A stretch of 64,000 nt of DNA. It comes from Camelus dromedarius. Taxonomy: Eukaryota. A model generated the notes under the pieces. That model saw nothing but the letters and a program-made list of their open reading frames with translations. It was not told the DNA's origin and did no database searches. Below, in pieces: positions 35,901 through 50,900 of this stretch (the first letter of the stretch is position 1; every line of letters begins with the position of its first letter). Location of the stretch: the NCBI RefSeq assembly GCF_036321535.1, contig NC_087436.1, positions 36,582,001-36,646,000 of the forward strand, read 5' to 3'. The translations under genes and the position numbers were made by a program.

Positions 35901-38900
35901 GAGGAGGGCAACCTGGAATTCTATTATCACTTTATCTTGAAATTCTCAGAGGGTCTTAGAGCTTCCAGCTTCAACTCTCAAATATGGGAACTGAATCTGA
36001 ATGAGCTGGAATACATACTTCCTCAAAAGTAGCTGCAAACCTGTATGGCAAGACCTACAGTTTTCCTTTTAGACAAAAAGCAGCAACTTGTCAGTCTGAA
36101 AGCTTCTGATGGCCGTCTCCTGGAGTTCTGCTCTGAGCACTCTGCTGCCCCTGCTGTATGTGCTCTGCCCTCCTCCACCACAGCTTCTCTTCATTTACAC
36201 ACCAATGTCTCCCAAACCTAAAGTTTCTATTCCAGCCTGAGCCCATATCCACACAGTCCATCAGCCAACTGCCAACAGGGCCCTTCCCCCTCAATGTCCT
36301 TTAGGCACTTCCTTTATTTTCTAAGTTAATGACCTCAATGTCCCTTCAGTCACCTAACTAAAAAGCTGGAGGCATCCTTGTCTCCTCTACTGCTCCTCAT
36401 ACAATTTGTCCTTAAACTTTGGGATTCTCTTACTCCTCTTAAAACCATTCCCTTTTCTCTTTTTTCTACCATCACAATTCCAAGACCCTATTATTTAGTC
36501 TATTTCAACAGACTTTCTCAAGTATTGTTCCGCTCCCATTTTTCATTCTACTATCAACTCTCTTCCTAAAACATTAATCTGAAGCATCATTCCTTTTTTT
36601 AATGTAAACAGATTATTTTATAATCCATATATAATTCTGGTTATTTTTGTGGTAAGAACACTTAACATTTGATCTACAATCTTAACAGGGTTTGTTTGTT
36701 TTTTGTTTTTTTTAAGTATACAATACAGTATTGTCATCTTTAGGGACAATGTTGTCATCCTATTTCTTAAAAACCTCTAAAGGCTTCTCACTGCCCAAAA
36801 GATCAGAACCCTGTTTTTGGCCTGGCATTCGAGTCTCCCCACGATCATGTCCTGAATCTGTTTTACCAGCTTTACCTCTGGCCAACTCCCCTCTCCCCCT
36901 GGAACCCACCTACTTTTTACAACTAACTAAATGTTCAGTTATACCTGTGCTTCAGTCTCACTGAATCAAAGTATGAACCAAAAGCATATTTTTTGATGCT
37001 TCTATGCCATTAAATACCACGTTGCTATAGCCAAGAATATTCCTACATAATTTTGAAGTTCTGGCCCAAATATCATTTCCTTTGTGAAGCCTTCTCTGAT
37101 CAAAATTTAATTGCTTCCTCTTCATTAAGTAAATTCCATTATAGGATTTATCACACTGCAGTGTAATTTATCTGTCCACTAACAAGACCTTGCCTTATTC
37201 ATGCCTGCACCTTCAAGCACCTAGCAGAGTGACTGGCACAAGTTCACTGTAAAATACAGGCTCAATGTATGTTTGTTCACTGACCAAACAGATACTGTGT
37301 TGAGTGGGTTGAGGGTACTTACTGTATTTGTTTGATTAATAATTTTTAAAGTTTTCACTCACATAGTACTCTAAATTCTGCAAAATGTTCTACATGTATC
37401 TAATTCTAAATACTCATATCACAATGTAAAGAAAATGAGGAAGGGATCTGCTCACAGTTACGTAACTAGTTATAAAGCTAGTGATGCACATGCACACAAC
37501 TCAAGATCTGATGACACCAAGGAAAAAATCTTCAATACTCATTCCTCCTTAGTGTTTTAAGAATTTATAATTTAAAAATCAAACAAAGTCAGAAATTTTA
37601 CCAATTCATGGTAGAGAAGTAAAGAAGCAGCTCAGTAATTTAATTAGGCATATTTTGGCCCTTAGGTGATATTTCTATGTTTTTATCTAGAAATCCTATT
37701 TCTAACACTGATTACCTGGACTGAGATAGTACTTGGCTGGACTGTTAATTCTCTCCGTTAAATCAATTTTTCATAAACAATATTATTAAACATATTTAAT
37801 ATTTAAACACTTAAAAAGGAGGCCCTTGTTTAATTCTGGAAAACAATATTTTAGTTAAAAACTATAAAATTGAATACCAGATATATTTATTAGTGTAGTG
37901 TCCATTTTGCTTGCAGACTTGCTTACAGACTGACTTTCAAAAAACGAGGCACCTCCTGAACGCCTTATCCGAGACAAACTCACTTTCACAAACTCGAGAT
38001 TTATACTGAGTGAATCTTTTCGACCAGTGACTGAAGTGGGTTCTTCATCCACATTTCCTTTAAAAAACAAAACAAAACACAGACACATGAACACACACAT
38101 ACATACACATATATATATTCATACATTATATACACAACTATCTAGTTACATGAATTTATCGAATAGACTAGAATATGCCATCAATTAAAATCACTTAAGT
38201 GAGGTAAAAATTTAAGCAGAATGACCTAATAAGCATTAGGAATTCCTAACAATAGTTTAATAGGTGCAAGCCCATAAGCATAATTGATGATTTTTGCAAC
38301 ATCTCTCCAATAAAAACTAGAATTGACATGGAGTGTGTCTTTATTATTTATCTATATAAGTGAAGAGACATTCACTAATATCAACTTTTTATACAGTTTT
38401 AGTGGTAAATCTGCACTCTAAAATGCCAGTGGAATTTGAGTTTTAAATTAAGAAACATGATGTACACTCTAAAAATTTACAGTTCATAGAATATAATTTT
38501 TTATACAAATAGGAAGTGATTTAGTGAAACATTTAAATAACATAAGTAACTTCTTATATCCAAAGAGACTGTACAGTATATATCACTTATAAAATATTCT
38601 GAGTTCTAAATTTCCTATATAATTAATTTATCTGCATTACTTGTTTGATATTTCTACTTATTACTTAGAGACAGGATAGAAAGTATCAAGAAGAAAAATA
38701 AAGTTTCTGATCTTGTTTTATATCTATTATTAAAGGTATCATGATTTCTACAAGGATCAAAGCTTGAAAAGATGCTATAAATCTGAAAAAGATGCAAACA
38801 TGCTAAGTATACCTAATCCTCCTGATCCAGGTGTAAGGCCAGAGACAGCAGTTTTTTGCTTCCCTGCTCCATATGGATGAAATACATAAAGAGAGAAGTC

Positions 38901-41900
38901 AGACATGCACGCAGTGAAGCTCAAACCCGATGAACTGCTGCTGGAGCTGGTCAGGTCTGACTGACTACTGCTGTGCCGACTTCTGCCAAGAGGGCTGCCT
39001 AATCCAGATGAACCTACAGTGAACACAAAAAATCCAAAATATTTATAAGCTACAGAAAATTTAAAAAACCTGTCACTAGTATAGTCTCAAGAACCAAATA
39101 TGACTTGCAAATAAAATGAAAGTCAAACATTAACTGATCAATAGATTTAAATCCTGAAATGCAAGTGAGGACTTAGGAAATTAATTGGAAATATTCTGTT
39201 CATCTTTGAAACAATTATTTGTTCATATGACTGGCCAACTCCATGGTTTCCTGTTTCTTTTCTCCTTTGTTCTATTGGAAGCAGGCAGTCAAAGAGGTAC
39301 AAAATAGCTGGGTTTTAAGCAGAAAGGGAGGAGAACAAACTGTAAAAAATTCAAATCATACAGCAGGACTCCATATTTCCATAGAAACAATGGAAATAGA
39401 GCCAGGTACACAAATGCACAAAGTTAAAGATCTCTTTCTCTTCACCACGGATAGGTGAATTCCAAATATGCTATAAAAATAAAAAATACAGTGTGAAATC
39501 TAAAAAAAAAGACACAAGTGAACTTATTTATAAAACAGAAACAGACTCACAGACATAGAAACAAACATGGTTACCAGGGGGAAAGAGAGTGGGAAGGGAT
39601 AAATTGAGAGTTTGAGATTTGCAGTTACTAATAGATAAACAAGCTTCTTCTGTATAGCACAGGAAACTATATTCAATATCTTGTAGTAACCTATAATGAA
39701 AGAGAATATGAAAACGAATATTTGTATGTATTTGTATGACTGAAACATGCTGTACACCAGAAACTGACACACTGTAAACTGACTATACTACAATAAAAAT
39801 AAAACAAATAAATTAAATTAAATTAAAAAATATGAGACCATCTAAACAGAGAATTAGATGACTTTGCTGATGATTCTAAAACACATATCTCTAGACCAGA
39901 CTTCCTTTGGATTCATATATTGCAACATATATTCATATATTGCAACATCCCATTAGAGCAGGTCACAGGTTTAAAGCTTACCAAGTCCAAAACTAGACTC
40001 TTGATCTTTTCCCCCAATCTGCTACTCTTCCAGTATTTCCCATCTCCAGTAACACTTCCATGCAAATAGCTCAACCAGATACCTAGGAGTTGTTTGTCCT
40101 CCTTCTCACTTCTAACTTCCTATTATGAAATTTATCACCGTATCATTTCTAGTAACATATATCAAGTCTGTCCATTTCCCTCCATCTTACCATTGCTATT
40201 CCAGCCTAAGCAATGATCAGTTGTGAGCTGCTGAAATTACCAACTACTCTGTTTCCTTCCATTCTTGTTCTCCTTCAATCAACTGTCACACTGCAGTTGG
40301 ACTAGTGTTCTAGAAGTGTACATCATAATCACGTCCACTTTCCTACTGAAGCTTTCAGTGGCTTCCCTGCATGATCTGGCTCTTTCTTATCTATCGAAAT
40401 CTTGCTCATGCCAGTATACCCTTAGTTCACCATGCTCCACTTATACTTTTTTTTTTCTTTTTCAAAGTTGCCAGATTCTTTCCTGCTTCATACATTTTGA
40501 ACTCTGTACCTGGAGTGTTTATTCCCCCAACTCTATGCTTGGCTAACTCACACTCACCTACTTCATGTTTCCACTTAAAATATACTTGTTTCCTTACTAT
40601 CTGTTTCTCCAAATGCAACTGAAGTTCCACACTAGCAGCGGCCATGTCTGCTAAGTTCACTACAGTACATCCAACCCTTAGCACTGATCCAGAACTCAGT
40701 AAAGCTCAATAAAGATCCTTTAAAAGAATAGACATTATCATAACCCACAGTTCTAATACATTTATTCTCATCATCATTCCTTCTTGCATGTTTTATGATG
40801 ATAAAATGATGGGTGCTGTTTCACTTTTTTATTTCCTAAAATAAATGTGGGCATAAAAAATAACTGCTCATTTTATATTCCTTTCACTACGTATTCCTAC
40901 CATAGTGCATATACACTGCTATAATAATTTAAGTGTTAATAATTTGTGACATTTGCCCTTAAGAAAAAAGTGAATATCCCAACAGAGAAATGGGCATGGA
41001 CACATTTATCCCCCTCCCTCAAATAGCCAATAAAGTAGCAATATAAATTAAAATGATAAAATCCCATTTTAGTCCACATTAGCAATGACTGAAAATAAAT
41101 TTAAAGCACAATGTTGGGAAGAATACAGTGTGGAGTCCACACACTGTGGTGAAGATGGCAGAAATCTTATCATCTTACTAGAGAGTAAAACCTACCAAAC
41201 ACCTTAAAAATGTTCACACACTCTGACTCAGGAATTACGCTTTTAAGAATTTATCCTAAGGATGTTTTAAAATGTCTATATACAAAGATATTCATCTCAA
41301 TATTATTTACAAAATAAAAAAAGTCCAGGAAATTTCAAATATATGATCAAAATAATGGAATATCATGCAGTCATTAAAGTTATCTTAGATATTAAATATT
41401 TAATAATTTGGGAAAACTTATATTTAAAACTTTTTAAAGTTATATAGCAGAAGAGACCATCTTTCAATTTTGCTTGGGAAAAAGACTGTATTGCCACAAA
41501 AATGCTGGAGAGCAGGTAGGAAATGATAATACTGGTTATCTATGATAAAGAGGTATTATTTTCATTTTTAGTACTTTTCTGTTTTCTGTATTTCCTGTAA
41601 TGAACTATGTGTTAATTTTATAACCAGAAAAATGTTTTCAAAAACCAGCAATGCCACTTCAATATGTTGGCTACAACACAATTTCAACAGCAATATTTTG
41701 GAGCTAATTGCAAAACAGTGAGCAGTGGCATTGGCAAAAACTATGTTTCTAAAATATCAACTTTTTGTTTTCTTGTTTTGTTGTGAAAACTTTCAGAGAT
41801 TCACAGAGCAGAGCAAATGTTTTGCTTTAACCGTTTCTCCACATTGCTGAATATCCCCTCAGGACAGAATCGCCCCTGGTTAACCATTGTTAGTTAGTTA

Positions 41901-44900
41901 GTTATGTATGTATGTATGTACGTATGTATTTATTTGAAGGGGTAGGTAATTAGGTTTATTTAGTTGTTCTTATTTTTAATGGAGGTAACCGGGGATTGAA
42001 CCTAGGACCTCGTGCATGCTAAGCATGCACTCTGCCTCTTGAGCTAAAACCTCCCCCAAGAACTGCTATTTTAATGTCAGTTCTCTTATCAGTTCTCTCA
42101 TCAAAAATACCCAGTAAAATCTTATTACTGGCATTTGTGACCTCTATATGATTTTTAGGGCAGAAATGACACTGAGTTTTAATATAGTGAAGAGTGACTA
42201 TCTCATCAAAAAATCATCAGAGCCTCTGTTTTAAAAACTAAACCTTTTATGAAACAGACATTTGAGTTAGATAACAAAATTTACCGTTAAAAACTATATA
42301 TTTGATACAATTTTAATTCAGTGTGGTAAGAAATGCTTACAAGATAATACATCTCTTATTTATTGTATGTAACACTGATTACTCTTAAATGTAAAAATAT
42401 AGCATAAAATAAAACATTCAAAAGTACCTGACCATATCATCATTCACGCTTCACAGCACTTGTAGTACGCACATTCAAGCCAACAGCAAAACGCTATACA
42501 ACTGCCGTTCCCTTGTGACAAAATACACTCAAAACTTAGATCTACTATAGTTTTTGTCTATAAATACTCTAATTCTCAAACATTCTCCTTTTCCATATTT
42601 ACTTGCGACTATACATCAATTACTGGTAAAGCAAAGGCTGTTTCTGCACCTGGCGTTGCAGTTTTGCCTGCACAAGTCTTCATTCCACTCTGAGCAGCGT
42701 TAGCTCCGGGGGGGAAGGTCTCTGCAGGGCACGCCGTCCCTAAAGTCTCTAGTTCTCCTCGGTTTGAAGAAAACACCAAGTCCAGGGATGGCAGCTTTAA
42801 CATGCATTCCACTCTGGACACTGGTAAACAGCTGAACTTGATCTGTGACGGCTGGAAAGTGTGGGAAGCCAAAAGGAAAAAAAAAGCTTTTAGGAACTAG
42901 ATGGTTAAAAAATTTCCCATTGGACTTCAAACAGTACAGTCAATTTTGATTTCAGTCTACATATACCAGTATTATTTGACACTTAAAAGAATTTTATGTT
43001 TAATGTCCTAGTTTTTCAAATAGACACATGATACATTAACCAAAATGTATTTATAAAATGGTATCATTTTTAAAAACTCTAAATATTTGGGGAACTATCT
43101 TTTAGCAGTAAATATGTAGACATTTACATGATTCAGAATGTTAAAGATATTTATGTCCATATTGTTCATAATCAAGTCCTTTAAAGACGTAATTTCCTTT
43201 ATATTAAAAATTTTAAAAGGCTACTGCATTAATAACTCATTTTATAAACTCTCAAATCCTCACTCATTACTTGTTTTTATCATATCTTCAAAAAAGCTAG
43301 GGCAGAGAAGATCAGACTGAAGCTCTTTTGACCAAATTGCTAGTGTACAAATTAATCTGAACAGATGACCGTTTGCTTTTTTTTAATTCTTAAGACTGAT
43401 TATAAAATGTTAATTGGGAGTAAACTACACCTTGAAGTTTGGATACAAGTCAAATCCTCCTTAATAAATGGACTCAATCAGATGCTAATATGCCATACTT
43501 CGTTTTATTGTGCTTTGCAGATGTTGAGTTTTTCACAAATTGAAGGTTTTTGCAATCCTACCTTGAGCAAATCTAATGGTGCCATTTTTCCAATGGTGTT
43601 ATTTTTAATTAAGGTAAGTGCATTGGTGTTTTTTTTTTTAAAGACATAATGCTTTTGGACACTTAATAGTCTACAGTATAATATGAACTTAACTTATATG
43701 CACTAGGAGATCAAAAAATTCATGGTACTCGCTTTACTGCAGTGTTCTGGAACTGAACCCACAATGTCTCTGAGGTATGCCTATATTCCTAAAGACCTAC
43801 AGATAGGAGTGAATTTTGGAATAAAATATTAAATAGAGATTATATATCTCTCAGAAAAATCTAACAAAGATACTAATGTGTCTTTAATGTCTCAATTTTG
43901 CTTTATATCTGCCCCCAAATGACCATAATGACAAGAATAATAGGTGCCATAATAAAAAAAGGCATAAAATGCTAAAAAAGGGTTTTAACTTACATATTTT
44001 CACTTTTGCCACAAAAGTATAAGATCTAAATTTTGAAAACGCAGAAGATCTATGAAGCTCCTCAGCAGAAAAGTAAATAAACACATAAAATTGTACATAT
44101 ACTTCCCAGAGGTTTAGGCAACCTCGAATATCATAAGCATGCTAAAGGTCCATGAACTCACAGTTAAGAAAATTTTTTAAGAGAAATAATATTTTAAGTG
44201 TTCAAATAAACTTAAGAAAAAAGCTTTTCTTTAAAGCAAAAAGGAATAAATGAACTATATTACCTGAACTCGTACATAAACCACAACGTCTACAGGGAAG
44301 GAAGAGTAAGCAGATGTTGAAGAGGATACTAATGATGTTGTTGATTCTTCCATAGGATCTGGTATTTCAAAATGTCCCATATCTTCATCTTGTGAGCTGA
44401 CAGCTGTTAAAATATTTAGTTTTAAGTTTTACTGTTAGGGCAAGGGCAAATTATTTATTGAAAGATCCGTTTCTCTTATGCTAGTACTGAGATCAGGGGT
44501 ACAAATACACAGAAAGACTGGCTTCCACAGCCCATCAGTCTGGACATCTTTCCCTGTTCAAATCTCTTACTCATTCCTCCAAACTCCGATTCCCAGCTGT
44601 TACCAAACAGTGTACAAAGAAAACAGTAATTATGCCTTTGCCCTCAAGGAGTTTCCAGCCCAAGAGACACACTAATTTAGGACCTAAGGATGTTAAGTTT
44701 GTCATTAACTAGCTGCGGCTGTGGGAGAATCGTAAAACACCACCAGGACTTAAGTATCTTCATTTGTAAATGAAAGCTGGATGACCTCTCAAGTTCTTTT
44801 TCAGTTCTACAATTCTTTTATATTTATCATTGAATATATTATATAGTAATATATAATAGCTTTAAGAAATGCTTCTAAAGTAGCAGGACCCCAGAATACA

Positions 44901-47900
44901 TGTGATGTGCAAGTATATAAGGAGGACACTCACTTGTATAATTCCTTTCAATTGGTGTAATTGGGATAGTTTCCAGAGCCTTTTCCAGGAAGTCTAATAG
45001 GCAGGGACTAATAACCATTTCCTCTGGCAATGACTGAAGTGCTACCCAGGCATATAACTTGGCTGTTTTCACTCCTCCACTTCCTTTTCCTTTGGCTAGA
45101 ACATTTACAAATGTGAAGTGAGTTTAATAAATAGTTTTCATAAAACATATGATAATTTTGTGAGAAATCAGAATTATATGACAGTTTAATTGGATGAAGC
45201 ACCTTATAATTAAAATCATAGAAGAATGCAATAAAAATAGGTTGATAGAAATGACGATACATTATTGTTAGAATTCAGAGATGACTAATGGTGTATATAA
45301 ATACAACAGTTGTTCCTACTTGCTCTAGGTCACAAATTTTGGCTCAATTTTTCAAGTTTATACTTTGCTAACTCTCTCAGTATTATTTTAGTCTCTCATC
45401 TTTTATTATTTTGTCCACTTAAGAAGTAAGACATAGAGACCTGTAACGAACAGTATTTTGTGGCAAGTGAGGAAAAAAATCATTGTTTATAGGCTTTCCT
45501 ATGTTCTTGCTGGTCTTACCTTGTATATTTTTATACTGCCTCCCTACACGGGCTGCATCTCTCTCTCCTTCCACCTGACTAAGTATTTCCAATCAATAGA
45601 GTGGTTGTAAGAGCTAAGATGTAGCTAACTTTGGTTTAGGTTTCCAAGTCCGACATGTTTTAGTTTGTAAACCTAAGAAAGAAATTCACCTTGTATGAGC
45701 TTTACCTTTCTTCCTGTATAAAACAGGGCTGATGTCTGTCCCGCACTTAATGGACATTCATGTAACTTGTTAATTTAAAAGTGAAATAAAAACATTAGGC
45801 ATTATTATCATAATTTCTGGCTACTTTAAAAGATTTATTATGTATCAAGTTACATCTCTCAAATACAGCTTTTTCAAATAATTCTTGCCCAGTCCAATAC
45901 TCCCTTTTTTGGAAATTCTACTACATGTATAAGATATAATTCACGTGGTGTTATAGCCAGATTTCAAAATAGCTTCCAGTGGTCCCTGCCTCCTGGTATT
46001 TGTGCCCTTGGGTAATTCACTCCTGCACTGTATAAGGCTGACTTGTGTGATCAGTAAGATACTGTGGGAGTAATGATATGTGACTTCTGAGACTAAGCTA
46101 TAAAAGATAATGCAGCTTCAGCCATGTTTTCCTTTGGATCATTCATTTTGAGGGACTGCCATGTCATTAGAACACTCAAGTGGCCTAGTGGAGAGGCCCA
46201 TGTGGGGAGAAACTAAAGTGCCAGCTTGCCAGCCACATGAATGGGATATGATGGAAGCAGATTTTCCAGACCCAGTCATGCATTTGGATGGCTGCAGCCC
46301 TAGCCAACATCTTGACTGCAACTTCATAAAAGACTGTGAGCTTAGATTCACCCAGCCAAACTGCTCGTGAATTTCTGACCCACCGAAATTTGTTTTTGAG
46401 ATTATAAACTACCAAGTTTTGCATAATTTCTTATGCAATTATAGATAATTAATAAATGTGGTTAAATCCAATAAACTCTGTCTTAAAGGTATATGTCTGA
46501 TGTTTGCATCTAGGTCATACGCTCTCAAATTTGAACTAAATAAGACTTTCTCTAAATATACATGGATCTAAAAAATTCAGTAAACTATTTAGTATATTAA
46601 GTTTAACAACTGATATTCTAAGGTCATATCAATTTGAGAAGTAGCCAAAAGCAGTTGGCCCACATTTCCATATACGAATTTTGTACAGTCACTATCGATA
46701 AGTCTATGTCCTTTTTCCTTAAACATGTGAGTTTGAAAATCTCAATAGAGCAAGCAGGTGATGACTAAAAATTAATTTATGAAAAAAATTAAAAATAAAG
46801 TATATTTTCCTTAAATACCTGAGGGAATAGGTGGGGGTTGGGGAGGAAGTAAGGTGTTAGTCTTGCTCTGGACAGTGCAAGGTAAAGGAGGAGAAGGAGG
46901 AGATGTTGCACTATCTTTCATACCATACAGCTTGGACTCTTTAGAGAGTGTTCTTGGCAAAGAAGATCCTCTGGAGGCATTAGGTGATTCAGTCTTTAGA
47001 GTCTTGGAATTGTAATGCAACTGTATTGAAGCAAAAAAACTTCCAAATTAAAAGTATGCAGATGAGGAAAATCAAGAAATATACAAAAATGTGGTAGAAG
47101 GAACATAGGTCCAGGAGCCAGAAGATTTTACAAGTTAGCTCTGTGATACCAGCAAGTTCCTTATTAGCTTTTTTTCATTTTTAAAATTAAAAAGGTCATC
47201 CCAGATAGTATTTTAAATTCTTTCTAGCTTAACATTCTAGGATTGTGTATGTCTATAGTCTAAAAAAACAATTGTTTACTAAAGTTGCACTAGGCAAGGT
47301 TTGACAAATATGTTATGAATATCAATGAATAAAAAAGAGAATTAACTTGTTTTTATCAACATTTCATGGAAAAAAGGGCAACCAATTTAGACAGTCTCGT
47401 ATTCAGAATATGGTTGTATCAGAGAAAAACTTCAGGAAGTCTCATTTTAATGTAACTGGTGAAGGAAGAACATATATGATAGAAGATAAACATGGCTACT
47501 AATAACCTAATCCCGTATCCTAGACAAATAGGTTTTTACCTTTACATCAACTCCAGGAATATAAAATACTGTTGTTTCTAAGTCACTAGGCTTTGTTTGT
47601 AGAGATGATGGCACTTTCTTGCCAGTCATTAAATGGGTGGTGGAAGCATAATTAGTTTGAAACTTCTTCTTTTTTGAGGGAGAATCTTGATCTAAACTCC
47701 TGGAACTTCTATCATAACTCCTATAAATAGAAAAATACTTTATCTTTTTAAAAGACATTTCTCTCCTTTTATTTTGTTTAAAATCAGACTTTCATTTATA
47801 CAGTACATAGAATGTAAAATATTAATAAAGTTGAGAAAGGGAAGCTCATCAGTGTCTCTAGCTAAACTGGTTGATCCTTGCACAGACAATGCTTCTGTCC

Positions 47901-50900
47901 TATGTTCCATAACTACTGAGGGCAGTTACCTTTATTCTTTCCTGAGGTCACAATTGTTTCACTTGAGCACATTAGGTTGAACCAAATGAAATTGCCTTTT
48001 ACACAGGTAAAAACAGCTGAATATGGGCAATTTATTTTGGTTTATTGTGGTTCAACCAAAAATAAACAGTCATTCTTTTTATCATCACTATTATAAGAAT
48101 TCAACTGTTTAGAGTGTCTTTTTATCTTCTCATTTTATAAAACCCTCATTAGACAAAAAGACCATTTAAAAATCTTTTATTATAGAAAATTTCAAACATA
48201 AAAAAAGTAAACGGAATGGTAGAATAGACCCCATGGATCCATCTCCCGGCTTCAACAACTGTCAGCATTCTGCTTCCTTGTTTTATCTACATCTCCACCC
48301 ACTCCCTACCCATCCACTCAGTCATTAATGTTATTATTTTCTTATAATTCTTTTTTAGATTAGGAAGTAAAAACAAAATAAAAATTCAGAGAAAAAATAA
48401 TCTAACCGTAAGCCTATTTATACCACTGTTTCTTAAACGATTAAAACAAATGGTAAAGCTGCAGTTACAGCCTGAACAACATTGCATTTTCTTAAGGCCT
48501 CTCTGTGCAATTGTTTCCCAATCTTTCTTATATCTTTATGAATTCATCAAAACTCCCAATAACAAGATATCTCTGAGTATTGTACTGTTATTTGAAATGG
48601 AAATGTGCACAATACAAGAACAGAGACTAAGTGAGAAATTCATGCTTGTTTAGGAGAATTCCAAAGATATAACTATTTTAATTAAAAAAATTTGCTAGAA
48701 TCTAAATCACATGTCCATTTCTCATCACTAGAAAATATACGTTTGTTTAAAGAAATAGTATGTTATACAAATAAACACGCAAACATTCCAATTATGATTA
48801 TATACTCTTTAAATCTGCATTTGGGGATGTAGGAGGAAAATGTTTGTATTGATTAGTGACACATAAATATTATTTCTGACAAATTAACTTATATGTACCC
48901 TTTTCTGAACAATATCTTACCTTCTCAAGCTTATATCATCATGTTCTTGCAGAAGGGTGGTTGGGTGGAGCACACATTTTCCACTATCAATTTCAACTCG
49001 TATATCAAGTTCAAAGTCAATATTTCTCTCTGTAGCTGTGCCACTAAGGCTTCGGTTGACTGGTGCTGTTGGCCAGCGTTCTGTAAATAGCTGATGAACA
49101 GCAGCAAAGCCTGTTGCTTTTTTACGAGATGTGTGTCTAGAGAAAGAACAGCTGGTCATTACATTGCAGTAAAATGGGAAGAGTTTTCAACAAACTATTT
49201 TCCATCATGTTATGTGAGCAATAGTCTATAAATAAATTTTACTATATCATAAATTCAAATTATTCAACTAGCTCATACTAACTGAAGATTTTCCTTAGTT
49301 TAGTGGAGTCACATTTTATTCAACAGGTACATAATGAGTAACTATTACATGCCAGGCAATGTGCTACGTGCTCAGGACACAGGCACCATCACTGCCATTA
49401 AGGAGTCTGGATATCAGTGTATGAACTACATTCCACATTTTGGAGATTTCATTTGGGCAAATTGTAAAGTTTAAATGCTACTTTCTAGATTTTATTAAAA
49501 GAAAAACAAGGAAAGAAAAAATAATGCCATATGGAACTAAATCATATTAGTAAACCATGGATAAGTCTCTTAGTCTCACTCTGGCTAGGCATATTTAAGA
49601 TATTTTTCCTGTAAAAAATTGCTTTAAGCTCAGTTCTAGATTCTAAAATACTGCCTAATGATCTTAAAAGAAAAAGGCTACTCACGAGGGTTTCCTGTAA
49701 ATATAAAACCTTTCCCTCTCATGGTCTTCATCCTTTTCATCCTTCTCGGAATCTTCACTGGTAGAAGATGAACTGTCATCCCGTCGGCCCTCTTCAGGTT
49801 GAAAAGCAATGCCTGGTGTAAAGCCTCCAGGAGTTTTGGGCGAACTGAACATGGAATATGATCCTTCACTATTTGATGAGTAATTGGATGGACCTTCAAT
49901 GGTTACTGACAAAAGGTCCAGTTCTGTCTCCTCTGGAAACTGATTGTAAAAAGAGAAAACATGAATCAGGTTTGCATTATAAACTTCTTTTTGGTTAAAA
50001 AAAGAAAAAGAAAAAGATAGGTTTTAAGCATTTAAAATTTCTCTCAGAGTTGAATTTCCTTACTCTGATCTGAAAGAAAGGTCAGCTTTACGAACATATG
50101 AAATGGCACACCAAGGAAGGAAGCAGAAGTTCCAACCACAGAAAGTCACACCACTGACACATGAAAAACTAAGAGTGAAATTTTACTTTACATAAGCATA
50201 TATCATCATATTAATTAGTACATATATATTGCAATTCTTTAAAGCATAGATTAAACATGCTGTGGAGACAAAAGAAACAATGTGATCAACTAAAAAGTAG
50301 AAGGGCAGGAGAGCAGTTAGTGATGGGAGAGCATGCAGTGTCTGTACAGAACATACTTCAAGCTTCTAGATACTTTTTTGTGGATAACTCTATTAAAAAT
50401 GGGCCCCTATTGGGTTGAAGACAGATGTGCAAATAGTTATGTAATAAAGCATATCAATCAACCAAAGCTAAGAATTCTATATTTTAAGGTGAATAGTCTG
50501 TATAAATACCATGTCACTAACTGCACCAGGAGGCTACTGTATTTAAATAGGTCAAAAAAACCCAAAACTTCCTGTGACCTAATTTGGTTTCCCAGTTGTG
50601 AGAGCTGCTTGCATACCCCTTTGAGAATGTGGTAAGCCTTTGTAAAGTGTAATGTGCAGGGTAAATTTATTGATGCTACTATCTGATGCAGAGTGAAATC
50701 CCATAATCAAAATCTCAAACATCTGCAGAATCTAGCTTTTCTTCATGTTTTATAAAATACAGTTATTTACTAAATAAGTAAATCAGATTTTATTTATCAG
50801 AAAATACTAAATTTTTAAAACTGTGGTAAGAGTTTATAGATATAAATATCTAGATATAGATATAAATAAATATCCCTTTGCTTTATATTTTCTATTTATG

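Noticed and set aside
41975..42058. tRNA gene
   Set aside because: tRNA-like head is followed by a SINE body and simple-repeat tail; the second copy has a TSD.
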